Below, piece after piece: positions 53,708-63,390 of a DNA stretch of 64,000 nucleotides (positions within the stretch are counted from its first letter, which is position 1; each line of letters opens with the position of its first letter). This DNA comes from an uncultured Gammaproteobacteria bacterium (GTDB lineage Bacteria; Pseudomonadota; Gammaproteobacteria; UBA9214): assembly GCA_963748215.1 (NCBI GenBank), contig CAVVHS010000003.1, positions 64,001 to 128,000 of the forward strand, written 5' to 3'. Both the position numbers and the translations under genes were made by a program. The notes beneath the pieces are model-generated. The model ran no database searches, was not told where the DNA came from, and saw only the letters and a program-made list of their open reading frames with translations.

Positions 53708-53785
53708 CACGCTAGAGCGGTCGGGCGCAGCAGCCTGCCGGTGGTATTCAGATACTAATGCAGTGCCCGGTGCGGCTTTACCGAA

Positions 53786-54091
53786 TCAGTGCTGCTTTGT
53801 ACCGTTATGTGCCCTGGAGGAATGATCATTCTCGTCAGGAGGCAGCAGAACGGCTGCTGACCTGGGAATAGTCCAGTGGCTGGATCTGTACGGTTTGCCC
53901 CAGCGCTTGCTGATCGGCGGAATGGTCCACAGCCTGGTGTCCTGATTGTCCGCGCTTTGACTGTTCGGGTGTACATAGACGGCGTCGCCGGCGAACGCGG
54001 CTGGTGCCAGGACTAGCAAGGCTGCAATAAAAGACGCAAAAATTGCACAGAATGGTTGTGATTTCTTCATGACGGTCAAGCGTATGAACAT
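53786..54091 (-). CDS. Hypothetical small secreted protein
   Basis: Signal-peptide-like N-terminus ending AFA; C-terminal frame uncertain. Confidence 0.4.
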   Translation of the reverse strand: MFIRLTVMKKSQPFCAIFASFIAALLVLAPAAFAGDAVYVHPNSQSADNQDTRLWTIPPISKRWGKPYRSSHWTIPRSAAVLLPPDENDHSSRAHNGTKQH

Positions 54092-54236
54092 ATATCCGTT
54101 TCTGATTTCCTGGTGAGGCTGGCTTGTTATGTCTGTTTCCTACAGTACGCCTGGCAGTAACGGGTTGATATTGTCCTTAGGTATGACGCGGCCCGGTAAA
54201 GTCGAGTCTGCCCCTGCTGATTCATGAGTCACTGAC

Positions 54237-55022
54237 ATGCCTGCCTGGTTCAAGCGTTGGCGGCGCGGGCGTTATCTGCGCGACAGCCTGGTCCCTGAAT
54301 CCGATTTCACGCAAGTGCTCGAACGCCTGCCGGCCTGTAACGGTATGGACATCGGGGAGCAGGCTCGCCTGCGCCGGCTCGTTTCGCTTTTTTTGCGCGA
54401 GAAGGTGTTCGAGGCTGCGGGCCACGCCGAGATAGCCCTGCAGGACCGGCTGCTCATTGCCGTCAACGCCTGCCTGCCGATCCTGGATCTCGGTATCGAT
54501 GCCTATGACGAATGGACCACCGTGATCGTGTACCCGGATGAGTTCCTCGTCGATTACGAAGAAGAGGACGAGGCAGGTGTCGTGCACACCGGGCGCGACC
54601 TGCGCGCAGGGGAGGCCTGGGAGCGCGGGCCGCTGGTGATCTCGCTCAGGGACGTGCATGCACAGTCCGCCTGGGAAGGCTACAACGTGGTGATCCACGA
54701 ATGCGCGCACAAGCTGGATATGCGCAACGGTGTGCCGGACGGGTTTCCGCCGCTGCATCGGGGCATGTCAGTCAGGCGCTGGACCGAGGCCTTCACGCAG
54801 GCCTATGAGGATTTGCGCGGGCGCATCGAGCGCGACGAGGAAACGCCGATCGACGATTACGCAGCGGAATCGCCCGCCGAGTGCTTCGCCGTGTTCAGTG
54901 AATACTTCTTCGAAGCGCCGCGCCGCCTGCGTGCCACGTATCCGGCCGTGTACGAACAGCTGGTGCAGTTCTACCGGCAGGACCCGTCAGCACGACGAAT
55001 CAATAGGGTCAGACTCGATTGA
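54237..55022 (+). CDS. mtfA: Zinc-dependent peptidase, MtfA/M90 family
   Basis: GEAW, NVVIHECAHKLD, YAAESPAECFAVFSEYFF; C-terminal INRVRLD encoded by the repeat. Confidence 0.88.
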   Translation: MPAWFKRWRRGRYLRDSLVPESDFTQVLERLPACNGMDIGEQARLRRLVSLFLREKVFEAAGHAEIALQDRLLIAVNACLPILDLGIDAYDEWTTVIVYPDEFLVDYEEEDEAGVVHTGRDLRAGEAWERGPLVISLRDVHAQSAWEGYNVVIHECAHKLDMRNGVPDGFPPLHRGMSVRRWTEAFTQAYEDLRGRIERDEETPIDDYAAESPAECFAVFSEYFFEAPRRLRATYPAVYEQLVQFYRQDPSARRINRVRLD

Positions 55023-55067
55023 TTCGTCAATATTGCGTCAAATCAAAGAGGTCTGACTCTTTTGATT
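54998..55067. repeat. Type-1 REP doublet
   Basis: AATCAATAGGGTCAGACTCGATTGATT-CGTCAATATTGCGTCA-AATCAAAGAGGTCTGACTCTTTTGATT. Confidence 0.92.
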
Positions 55068-55078
55068 GGCGCCGGTAG

Positions 55079-56209
55079 TCAATCTCCCAGGTTCGTACCA
55101 ACCCGTCGCGCGCTCACCAGCCAGGGATGATCAGGCGGCACCAGTTTCTTGCGGCCTGCGACCTCTTCCAGTGGCATGGCCTCGGCGCCTTCGCCTCTGG
55201 CGGCCACCATCACGCCGCTGACGCCTTCATTGATCAGGTCGGCACAGGCGGTGCCCAGCCGGGTAGCCAGCAGCCGGTCGGCCGCCGATGGCGTACCGCC
55301 GCGCTGAAGATGGCCAAGAATGGTCGGGCGGCTTTCCAGCCCGGTGCGTTCCTCGAGCTGGTGGGCCAGCTTGAGGGCGTGATCGACACGCCCGGTCTCC
55401 ATTTTGCGGAGTGCTTCCTTGGCCTTCTTGCGCGCCTTTTTGTCATCGTTGTCGACGGTCTCCTGCAGTTTCTGCCTGGTAGTGCGCACAGCCTCAGCCT
55501 CGTCCAGTGACATCGCTCCCTCTGCAACGGCGACGATACTGAAGTTCCTGCCGCTCTTCATGCGCTGCAGGATCGCCTCGGCGATGCTGTCGATGTTGTA
55601 CGGAATCTCGGGCAGCAGGATCACGTCGGCGCCGCCGGCGATGCCCGCGCCCAGTGCCAGCCAGCCGGAACTGTGGCCCATGATCTCGACCACGATGATG
55701 CGATGGTGGCTGTGCGCGGTGCTGTGCAGGCGGTCGATGGCATCGGTGGCGATGCCCAGCGCGGTATCGAAGCCGAAGGTGACATCGGTGCCGAAAACAT
55801 CGTTGTCGATAGTCTTGGGCAGGGTGATGATGTTGAGGCCTTTCTGCTTCAGCTGCAACGCGTTCTTCTGTGTGCCGCCACCGCCGAGACAGACCAGTGC
55901 ATCCAGGTGGTTGGCCTGGTAGTTTTCGACAATGACGTCGGTCATGTCCTGGGTCTTGCCGCCCACCTTCATCTTGTGCGGCTTGTCGCGGCTGGTGCCG
56001 AGAATGGTGCCACCGACCGTGAGGATGCCGGAAAGGGAGCCGCTTTCCAGACGCACTGTGCGGTTTTCCACCAGTCCGCGGAAACCGTCCCGGAAGCCGA
56101 TCACCTGCATGCCGTACTCTTTCATGGCCGCCCTGGCGACGCCCCTGATCGCGGCGTTGAGTCCGGGGCTGTCGCCGCCTGCGGTGAGGATACCGATGTG
56201 TTTGCTCAT
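55079..56209 (-). CDS. pfkA: 6-phosphofructokinase (PfkA family; GGGGT plus PKTIDND suggests ATP-dependent group III)
   Basis: [40 protein letters not shown]. Confidence 0.92.
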   Translation of the reverse strand: MSKHIGILTAGGDSPGLNAAIRGVARAAMKEYGMQVIGFRDGFRGLVENRTVRLESGSLSGILTVGGTILGTSRDKPHKMKVGGKTQDMTDVIVENYQANHLDALVCLGGGGTQKNALQLKQKGLNIITLPKTIDNDVFGTDVTFGFDTALGIATDAIDRLHSTAHSHHRIIVVEIMGHSSGWLALGAGIAGGADVILLPEIPYNIDSIAEAILQRMKSGRNFSIVAVAEGAMSLDEAEAVRTTRQKLQETVDNDDKKARKKAKEALRKMETGRVDHALKLAHQLEERTGLESRPTILGHLQRGGTPSAADRLLATRLGTACADLINEGVSGVMVAARGEGAEAMPLEEVAGRKKLVPPDHPWLVSARRVGTNLGD

Positions 56210-56393
56210 ACTCTGCTTCCGTTGTGTGTCCGGGGAATGGTGTATTCTATCCCGTGACGGCATGGATTCAGCGAAGTAAAGGTTGTCAGGATGCATTTTT
56301 CGCTAATATCAGCCGGAAATGTGCTTTTGCACCATTATCTAATGCGCTTGCGTTGCCAGGCTGCGAAAAAAAACTGTATTCAGGAGGTAACCG

Positions 56394-56921
56394 ATGATTT
56401 CGAAAGACATGGCGGCCAGTCTCAACGCCCAGATCAATCGCGAGATGTACTCGGCGTACTTCTATCTGGGCCTGTCCGCGCAGGCCGAGACGGCGAATCT
56501 CAAAGGCGCGGCCGCCTGGTTCTTTGCCAAGCACGGAGAGGAGATGGCCCACGCCTTGAAGATTTACCGCTACCTCGTCGATCAGGACGCCGAGGTCCAC
56601 TTCAGCGAAATTGCTGCTCCGCCGGCCAACTCGGAGGGCATCATGCACATGTTCGAGCAGACGCTGGCGCACGAGCGTGAAGTAACGGGAGCCATCAACG
56701 AGCTAGTGGACAAGGCCCTTCAGGAAAGGGACCACGCGACCAACGTGTTCCTGCAGTGGTTCATCACCGAACAGATCGAGGAAGAGGCGACCGTGAACGA
56801 CATACTCGGCCGCCTGCGCCTGTTCGGTGACCAGGGTCAGGGCCTGTTGATGATCGACAACGAACTTGCCGGGTTGGCAAAACAGATGAGCCAGGGAATG
56901 GCAGCCGAAACCGGGGTGTAA
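56394..56921 (+). CDS. ftnA: Non-haem ferritin
   Basis: QINREMYSAYFY, EEMAHA, HEREVT, FLQWFITEQIEEE. Confidence 0.92.
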   Translation: MISKDMAASLNAQINREMYSAYFYLGLSAQAETANLKGAAAWFFAKHGEEMAHALKIYRYLVDQDAEVHFSEIAAPPANSEGIMHMFEQTLAHEREVTGAINELVDKALQERDHATNVFLQWFITEQIEEEATVNDILGRLRLFGDQGQGLLMIDNELAGLAKQMSQGMAAETGV

Positions 56922-56945
56922 TCGCGGCGCATTATGGGAAAGAAC

Positions 56946-56973
56946 AAACAACCGGGATCCGACCCCATTGATC
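56946..56973 (-). repeat. Degenerate type-1 arm
   Basis: AAACAACCGGGATCCGACCCCATTGATC; overlaps stop of the next ORF. Confidence 0.65.
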
Positions 56974-57950
56974 AGTCGCACATCCCGATGAGTTCTGAAG
57001 CGACTTCGTGGAGGAAGTCCTCCTTCGGATTTATCCCTTTGATCAGCGGTACCCCGCTCACCAGTGGCCAGTATCGGTCCTGCGTCTGGCTGGCCCAGAT
57101 AAGTTGCACTCCCGGGCCCAGTGGATACAAGGCGATAAGGCTGTCCAGACGAGGGTAGGATTCCAGGAACGTCCCGAATCGTGGATCGACTTCGGGCACT
57201 GGTGCGTAAGCGACCATATCCTGATACGTCGCGCGTCCCCTGGGAATCGGCGCGTCAGGAGGAGTCGACGTCGGCCTGATGAGTTGCATGGGCAATTTTG
57301 AACTCGCCAGCAAAATGCGTTCAAGCCGGGCCTCGAAGGTGCCGGACGAATCCCGGGGTACGGATCGTTCCAGATGCTTACCCATGTTGGTCAGTCCATA
57401 GAGCGTAACGGGGACGCGTGTTTCGGCGATCCCGACGCCGTCGGGCGGCCATCTGACGGGTGCGGCCGGATCGCCGCCCTGCGCGTGCTTCACCGCCTCT
57501 GCAAGCGCGCTCGTGCCGGAAAGTGCGGACTTCGTGTGCACTGGCAATGCGGCAAGAATGGCAGCGGCCCGCCCACCCAACCCCTGTTCGGCAAGCAGCG
57601 GCGCCAGAGCGGCGATCAATTCGGTCCTGGAATGTGCGCGAGTAAAAGCCTGTGCAGGGGCGGTCAGTCTGATTTCATGAAAAGGTCCCCATGTAAATTT
57701 CCCGGCAGCGAACTTGTGCTCCGTCCAGGCACCGTGGTACACATGCCTGGCAACAAGCGGTTTCCTGCAAGGCTGCAAGCTCCTTTCGAATCCGGCAAAC
57801 CGCCGTTTCCATCGGCGCTTCGTCAGCGAGCGGTGTGGGTGTTCCGTAGTCGAAGGGCTGTTGCGTTTGCCGCCAGAGGTAGAACTCCCGGCCCATCCAT
57901 CCGATCGCGCCAAATACCAGCAAAGCGATCAGCAAGACGATCATGTTCAC
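56972..57950 (-). CDS. Hypothetical protein, probably one frameshifted gene with an N-terminal TM
   Basis: TM segment in ORF 57675-58085 and long overlapping ORF 56972-57913; boundaries uncertain. Confidence 0.4.
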
Positions 57951-58093
57951 GGCGCTGTGGGATCTGTAGTGAAATTGCAATTCGTCTCCGTTGGGTATGG
58001 TGCGCCACAAAAGGACAGGAAGGCGCGCCGACGAGGGCCATGAGAGCAGCACCGACCCGGCAGCGAATCTAATACCCAACCGCAACGGGCAGG

Positions 58094-59158
58094 CTACTGC
58101 TCCAGGTTCGTATCACCGGCCGTGGGATTCAATCGAATGGAAACATGTGCGCCGGCATATTGTCCATTGGAACTGCGATTTACTGAAACGGGATTTACCG
58201 AGCCCCGGCAATAACGCTTGCCGATGCGACAAAAGAAATATTGCGTGTCATCGGTTTCGAGATCCAGCGCCAGGGTTGGCTGGTAACCGTCAACCGGTGC
58301 GCGCTTCATTTCCAGGTCGATCTTGCGCACATATCGACTCTGCGGCTGGAAAAGGATTACACCGCCATCGGCAGGGCCGAAATCCAGTATCGGTTCGACC
58401 GGTTTCCTGAAGCTGCTACTCGTACCGGGCCGCCGTACCTCCTGGGTGGCAATCTCCCCGTTCGCCGTTTTTTTCACCTTCAGTTCCAGGTAGAGGATAT
58501 CCCCGTCGAATTTTCTGAGCGTTGCTGTTTCTGTCAGTCGGCTAATCGGTTCCGCCCGGGAAGTCTGGCCAAACGACAGCGGTAACACTTCATTCCGATC
58601 CTGGCTCACGATCAGCATGCCGCTATAGTGTTCCAGCGCCACTCGCACACCGCGCTTCTCCAGCACTACCTTCTCATCGGTCTTGATGATCTCCCGGTTC
58701 GGGTTGTCATCGGCATAGGTGACATACTCCACTCGTTCGCGGTAGTAACCGTCCTTATTGAACTCCAGCCGGACGCCGGCACAGGCATCACAGGCATATT
58801 CAAACGACCCGTTCACCGGCTGCTCCCGGCTGCTCTCTTTCAGGTCCGTGCTTTGGAGTGAGTCATACTCCAGCGTAACGATCTCCATCACCACATCATC
58901 CAGAGGCTTGCCTTGCCCATCCACGATGATACCGGCAAGCCGGACCTTGCCACTGAATGACTGGCGCATCATTTGCTCATACAGTTTCATGGCTTCTTCT
59001 TGCTTGCCGGCCTCCATTAATTCCTGGATCTGCCGCGCGAGTTCCATCTGCCGTTGCGCGTCGCCTTGTGCGAGAGTACACGGAACTGAAAGAACGAAAG
59101 TCGCAAGTAACGCAAACAGAAATAGCAGGGGCTTAAGGACACTGGTCATGATGTTCAT
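58094..59158 (-). CDS. Hypothetical secreted protein with a carboxypeptidase-regulatory-like beta domain
   Basis: Signal peptide; GIIVDGQGKPLDDV and FNKDGY pattern. Confidence 0.65.
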   Translation of the reverse strand: MNIMTSVLKPLLFLFALLATFVLSVPCTLAQGDAQRQMELARQIQELMEAGKQEEAMKLYEQMMRQSFSGKVRLAGIIVDGQGKPLDDVVMEIVTLEYDSLQSTDLKESSREQPVNGSFEYACDACAGVRLEFNKDGYYRERVEYVTYADDNPNREIIKTDEKVVLEKRGVRVALEHYSGMLIVSQDRNEVLPLSFGQTSRAEPISRLTETATLRKFDGDILYLELKVKKTANGEIATQEVRRPGTSSSFRKPVEPILDFGPADGGVILFQPQSRYVRKIDLEMKRAPVDGYQPTLALDLETDDTQYFFCRIGKRYCRGSVNPVSVNRSSNGQYAGAHVSIRLNPTAGDTNLEQ

Positions 59159-59268
59159 ACCTTTATGTTACAAGAGCGTCGGGAACAGGCAGAATAAATG
59201 CCCTTTTCCTTTCTCGTCAACGGATGTTCCCGGATCCATGGCGAATCAAGCGACCTGCCCACCTGGAG

Positions 59269-59299
59269 TGGATACATTATTACAAAAATGTCTCCGGCC
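59269..59299. repeat. Type-3 doublet
   Basis: TGGATACATTATTACAAAAATGTCTCCGGCC, 29/31 identical to 60880-60910. Confidence 0.85.
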
Positions 59300-59314
59300 G
59301 CTTTACGCCCTGTG

Positions 59315-60789
59315 TTACCAGCCAAGTAATGGAAACATCAACAGCAGGTCTGACAAGTCAATTTGGCCATCCGGTGCGCCAGCCGGGTAAAGATCACCGT
59401 GTTCCAGGTCGACAGAAGTGGCTGTTTCGAGACCAAGTACAATCCGTTGCATCAACAGTAAATCCCCGGCATTCACCATGCCATCCGGCGAACCTGACGG
59501 AGCAACGTCGCCATCACTGTGTGGCGAAAGATCAATATCATCCTGGATGCCATCGCCATCAGTATCTGTGGACAGCGGGTTGAGGTCGGTAATCGGGTTG
59601 TATGACGCGGGATTACCATCGTAATTCACTTCATCGTAGTCACTCAGGTTGTCTCCATCCGAATCGACGAGTAACGGATTTGTGCCGATAGTCCCCTCGA
59701 ATACGTCACTGAGGCCATCGTTATCGTCATCAGGATCGCAGGCGTCCCGAGTCCATCGCCGTCAGCGTCCGCCTGGCCGGGGTTGGCAATTGACGGACAG
59801 TTATCGGGGTTCTTGAGAATGGTGAAAGAATCCGGGGTGGTGCCATCACTCCGGACAAATGTTGCATCCAGGCGGTTGCCGTCAATATCCAGCACCAGTG
59901 AGCCAAGCAAATTAAGGGATGCATGGACCATTACCGGATGTTCCAGGGGGCCGCCGCTGATCTTGCCGGAACTGCCGGCCGTGATGTAGACGGCGCCCTG
60001 ATAGGGATCGACTTCATCATAAACCGCCTTGTAAGCACCGTCCCCGCCTTCCTGACCGTTGCCGGCGTCGATCTTCATGGCATTGGTAAGCGTATCGGAG
60101 CTGCCGTAGTGGCCGTTGAGCAGGAATGACCGCTCATAGGAATGACTGTGACCGGACAACACCAGGTCCACACCGGCCGCTTCCAGGATCGGCAGTGCGT
60201 TCTGGCGCATTTCAATCAATTGCGACTCGGTATCGGAATCGTGACTGCCCTTGGAATAGGGAGGGTGATGCCAGAAGGCGATAATCCACTGCTGCGATGT
60301 CGCTGCAATGTCAGCGCTCACCCATGTCATCATGGCCCCGGTCGAAAAACGGTCTGACTCGTGGGAATCCAGGCAGATAAAATGGATGTTGCCGTAATCA
60401 AAGGAATAGTAAGCCTCGGTGCCACTGGCCAGGCCACCCGCTTCGCCGGCTGTCGGTAAAGTAAAAATGTTGTAGTAGGGTCCAGTCTGTGTGGCTGAGG
60501 ACGCCGAAATTCCATCATGATTACCCAGTGTTGCCCAGAGCACGGATTTACGCAGCATCTGCGGGTAGGTGTCGAAAACAGCGGTCTGGTATTCACTGTC
60601 AGTACCACTGTTATAGGCGTTATCGCCCAGCATCAGCCACAGGTCGGTGTGGGTGCTGCCGGTAATGAGCTGTAGGCATTGGCCACGGCCTGTGCATCGG
60701 CATTTGCTGTGCCGGAATCGCCCAGTACCCAGATGCGGGTCGGCTTGCCGGTGCCGGTGACAGGTGAAGTGACAAACAGGTGGTCCAGC
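59315..60789 (-). pseudogene. Purple-acid-phosphatase-like metallophosphoesterase with thrombospondin-3-like repeats and dockerin-like tail; 5'-truncated and frameshifted
   Basis: GDSG, LGDNAY, GNHD, HHPPY, GHSHSYER; DNCP...DADGDG; GDV...DGMVNAGDLL; coding signal starts directly at the repeat. Confidence 0.78.
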
Positions 60790-60858
60790 ATCAACAGGGT
60801 CAGACTCGATTGATACGTCAACCGAACGTCTATTCAATCGAGTCTGACACCATTGATT
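60790..60858. repeat. Type-1 REP doublet
   Basis: ATCAACAGGGTCAGACTCGATTGATA-CGTCAACCGAACGTCT-ATTCAATCGAGTCTGACACCATTGATT. Confidence 0.9.
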
Positions 60859-60876
60859 TTGATTTAAATAAAAAAA

Positions 60877-60913
60877 GGCTGGATACATTATTACAAAAAT
60901 GTATCCAGCCCCC
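60877..60913. repeat. Type-3 doublet
   Basis: GGCTGGATACATT-ATTACAAA-AATGTATCCAGCC perfect 13-bp stem. Confidence 0.85.
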
Positions 60914-60931
60914 TTTATCCGCATTATCCAG

Positions 60932-61471
60932 TCAGGATGCCTTACTGATCCAGTAATCTTTCAGTCCGAGCCTGGTGGCTATATTCGCGGCCTGGACCGT
61001 CGCGGCTTGTCTTGACGGGAATCCCCGGACATAGACTCGCCAGAACTGCCGGCCGTTGTGATCTACACGTTGGTGTGCTGCATCGAATCCGGCAGCCCTG
61101 ATGCGTTCGACCATTTCATTCGCAATGTCAGGCGCTGTGTGTGAAGCAAGGTTTACGTGCCAGTTGACACGTGCTTTCGTGGCGGCGGGCCGGGCAGCAT
61201 CGATTGCATTCGAGGCTGCGAACAGGGTGTCCTTCGGCTTCTCCACGGGTGGCGGCTGAGGATCAGGGTCTGAATCATCCGATTCGGGCAGAGTCTCGTA
61301 TATCCCCGAATCCGCCTCGACATCGATGGTGACAATGTCTGAATCCATGGTATAGCCGGGGCTGCCCTCTTCAGCTGTGTGATGCCGACTCTGGACGATC
61401 ACGGATGCCACGATGGCGACCATCAATAGATAGGAAGCGATAATCCTGGGGCGTTGAGCCGGGGTCGCCAT
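60932..61471 (-). CDS. SPOR domain protein
   Basis: N-terminal TM, acidic/Pro linker, WHVNLAS...WRVYVRGFPSR. Confidence 0.8.
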   Translation of the reverse strand: MATPAQRPRIIASYLLMVAIVASVIVQSRHHTAEEGSPGYTMDSDIVTIDVEADSGIYETLPESDDSDPDPQPPPVEKPKDTLFAASNAIDAARPAATKARVNWHVNLASHTAPDIANEMVERIRAAGFDAAHQRVDHNGRQFWRVYVRGFPSRQAATVQAANIATRLGLKDYWISKAS

Positions 61472-61602
61472 GGCGTTTTCATATCCTTTGTCAGGCTTGT
61501 TATTGGTTTCATGCGTCCGTCACAGACGTGGGCAGGGCACGGATTCAGCCTAAAGGAATTCCAGCTATGCGTGAATTGTACGGAGGTACGAGGTTTCAAA
61601 GG

Positions 61603-61669
61603 AATCAATGGGGTCAGACTCGATTGATTCGTCAACAAGATGTCTGACTAGTGGAATCTGACTCCATTG
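61603..61669. repeat. Type-1 doublet with degenerate second arm
   Basis: AATCAATGGGGTCAGACTCGATTGATTCGTCAACAAGATGTCTGA; spacer identical to that at 38648. Confidence 0.88.
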
Positions 61670-61678
61670 CCAATATGC

Positions 61679-61999
61679 TCAACGCTTCAGGTTCTTCAAT
61701 CGCTTGTTGCCAGGCTTTTCGGGGTGCTGTTCAAAGAACCAGTTATCCAGTGCCTCCTGCTTGCCAGTCTCGTGCTGCTGCTGTGCGGATGCTTCGGTGC
61801 CGCGGCACAGATCCAGGGTTATGGCAAGCGCGCGCTGCCTGCCAGGTTCGGACTGGGCCAGCAGTTCTTCTGTATTCAGGCGGTCAACGATCTGCCTTGA
61901 TAAGGTCTCACAGTCCAGGTCGATGCCCTCGGCAAGCGCGCCATGACTGATGACCGCGAGTACCATGAAAAAATATCCGGACGTCCATATTTTTTTCAT
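61679..61999 (-). CDS. Hypothetical secreted protein
   Basis: GGAG RBS, signal peptide ending ALA, two Cys, basic tail. Confidence 0.6.
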   Translation of the reverse strand: MKKIWTSGYFFMVLAVISHGALAEGIDLDCETLSRQIVDRLNTEELLAQSEPGRQRALAITLDLCRGTEASAQQQHETGKQEALDNWFFEQHPEKPGNKRLKNLKR

Positions 62000-62025
62000 A
62001 ACTGCTCCACCTGGAATAAACAATG

Positions 62026-62083
62026 AATAAACGGGTTCAGAGCACACACATCCTGATATTAGTATAAATTGTGCACTGATCAC
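62026..62083. repeat. Type-2 doublet
   Basis: AATAAACGGGTTCAGAGCACAC ... AAATTGTGCACTGATCAC. Confidence 0.75.
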
Positions 62084-62120
62084 GTGTTTCGAAAATGTCT
62101 TCAGGCCCTTTTTTATCAGG

Positions 62121-62840
62121 TCAATTCGTCCAGCAGTTCCAATACCATCCTGTGCCAGGTTCCCCAGGGGCTGTCACGAAGCTCGGTGGCAATCCTGAGG
62201 CGTGAAGCGATATTCGTAATACCGGATAAGGGATTGCCCTGTCCGGCGGAAAAAAGTCATCCAGTTCGATGCATTGGTGGCACACGCCAGTCTTGGAGAT
62301 CAGCGTGCAAATCGTACCGTAGTGCGCTGTCATGTAGTGCCTGGCCTCCTGCAGCCAGTTCTTGGCTTGTCCAGGTGACGCGTCGAGTAAATCTGCAACT
62401 TCGTCGCTGGTGAAACCGTGTACTTCCCTGAGCAGCAATGCAGCAGCCTTCTGTTCCGGAAGATTGCGCAATGTACATGCCAGGCAGGCTACAAGATGTT
62501 CACGTGCGATTGCCCTTGTCTCCGGGGTGCTGGCCAGGGCCTTTGACTGTTCGATTAATGCGGGGTTGGCCTCTGCAGCATCGCGTAAATCCAGGATCAT
62601 GTTCTCCCGCCATGTTGAATGTTTTCGCAACTCATCGAACGCCAGATTGGTGGCCACCTTGAATAACCAGGCGCGTATTCCATCGCCTGTTTCGGGCAGG
62701 TGGTCCGATGCTTCGAGGCAGCGCAGATAGGTCGTCTGCAGTAAATCTTCAGCTACCTGGGGCCGGACCACCAGTCGGCAGAGATACGCGTGCAATTCTC
62801 CCCGGATCCTTTCGAAACAGCTTGTCAGTGCATTTTCCAT
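62121..62840 (-). CDS. ECF sigma-70 factor with Cys-containing C-terminal extension
   Basis: AEDLLQTTY, AWLFKVATN (region 2); LPEQKAAALLLREVHGF (region 4); CTLISKTGVCHQC; possible frameshift at the A-run near 62250. Confidence 0.85.
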   Translation of the reverse strand: MENALTSCFERIRGELHAYLCRLVVRPQVAEDLLQTTYLRCLEASDHLPETGDGIRAWLFKVATNLAFDELRKHSTWRENMILDLRDAAEANPALIEQSKALASTPETRAIAREHLVACLACTLRNLPEQKAAALLLREVHGFTSDEVADLLDASPGQAKNWLQEARHYMTAHYGTICTLISKTGVCHQCIELDDFFPPDRAIPYPVLRISLHASGLPPSFVTAPGEPGTGWYWNCWTN

Positions 62841-62913
62841 CCGTTTTATCGTTCTCAAACGTATTGGTAATGAGGAGCGCGATTTTGCGTAGAAGGGATC
62901 CGCATGGCAAGGG

Positions 62914-62946
62914 AATCAACAAATCAATCGAGCCTGACCCTGTTGA
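62914..62946 (-). repeat. Type-1 arm
   Basis: AATCAAC-AAATCAATCGAGCCTGACCCTGTTGA. Confidence 0.82.
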
Positions 62947-62967
62947 GGAGGTGGTAAGTGAAAAAAA

Positions 62968-63390
62968 ATGATACTGCGATCACTGGTCGCCGGTTGGGCC
63001 GGGGGATTTGCCGGAAATGCATTGCTTGGCGCATTGTTCTCCAGTACGCGGGTCAGAGAAATTCTCTATAACCCCGAGGTGCAGAGCCAGCTGTTTATCT
63101 CGCTGACCCCGCAGAGAAACATTGCCCTATCGGTTGCCGGTCTGGTCGTTCTGAGCGGGCTGCATGGTGTCCTGTTCGCCATTCTCAGGCCACCGATACC
63201 GGGTGAGTTCTGGATTGGAAAAGGTGTCTGGTGGGGGCTCGCGCTCTGGGTGATGTACTGGCTGGTTCAGGAATGGTTCATTTATATCACGCTGCTTGGC
63301 GAACCCCTGTGCCTGGCAGCTTTCGAACTGGGTATTCTGTTGGTCGGTTCGCTGGTGGAAGGTGTTGTCATTGCCGGGCTGCTGATGTGA
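62968..63390 (+). CDS. Hypothetical four-TM membrane protein
   Basis: Four hydrophobic segments; flanked by directly repeated type-1 arms. Confidence 0.7.
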   Translation: MILRSLVAGWAGGFAGNALLGALFSSTRVREILYNPEVQSQLFISLTPQRNIALSVAGLVVLSGLHGVLFAILRPPIPGEFWIGKGVWWGLALWVMYWLVQEWFIYITLLGEPLCLAAFELGILLVGSLVEGVVIAGLLM

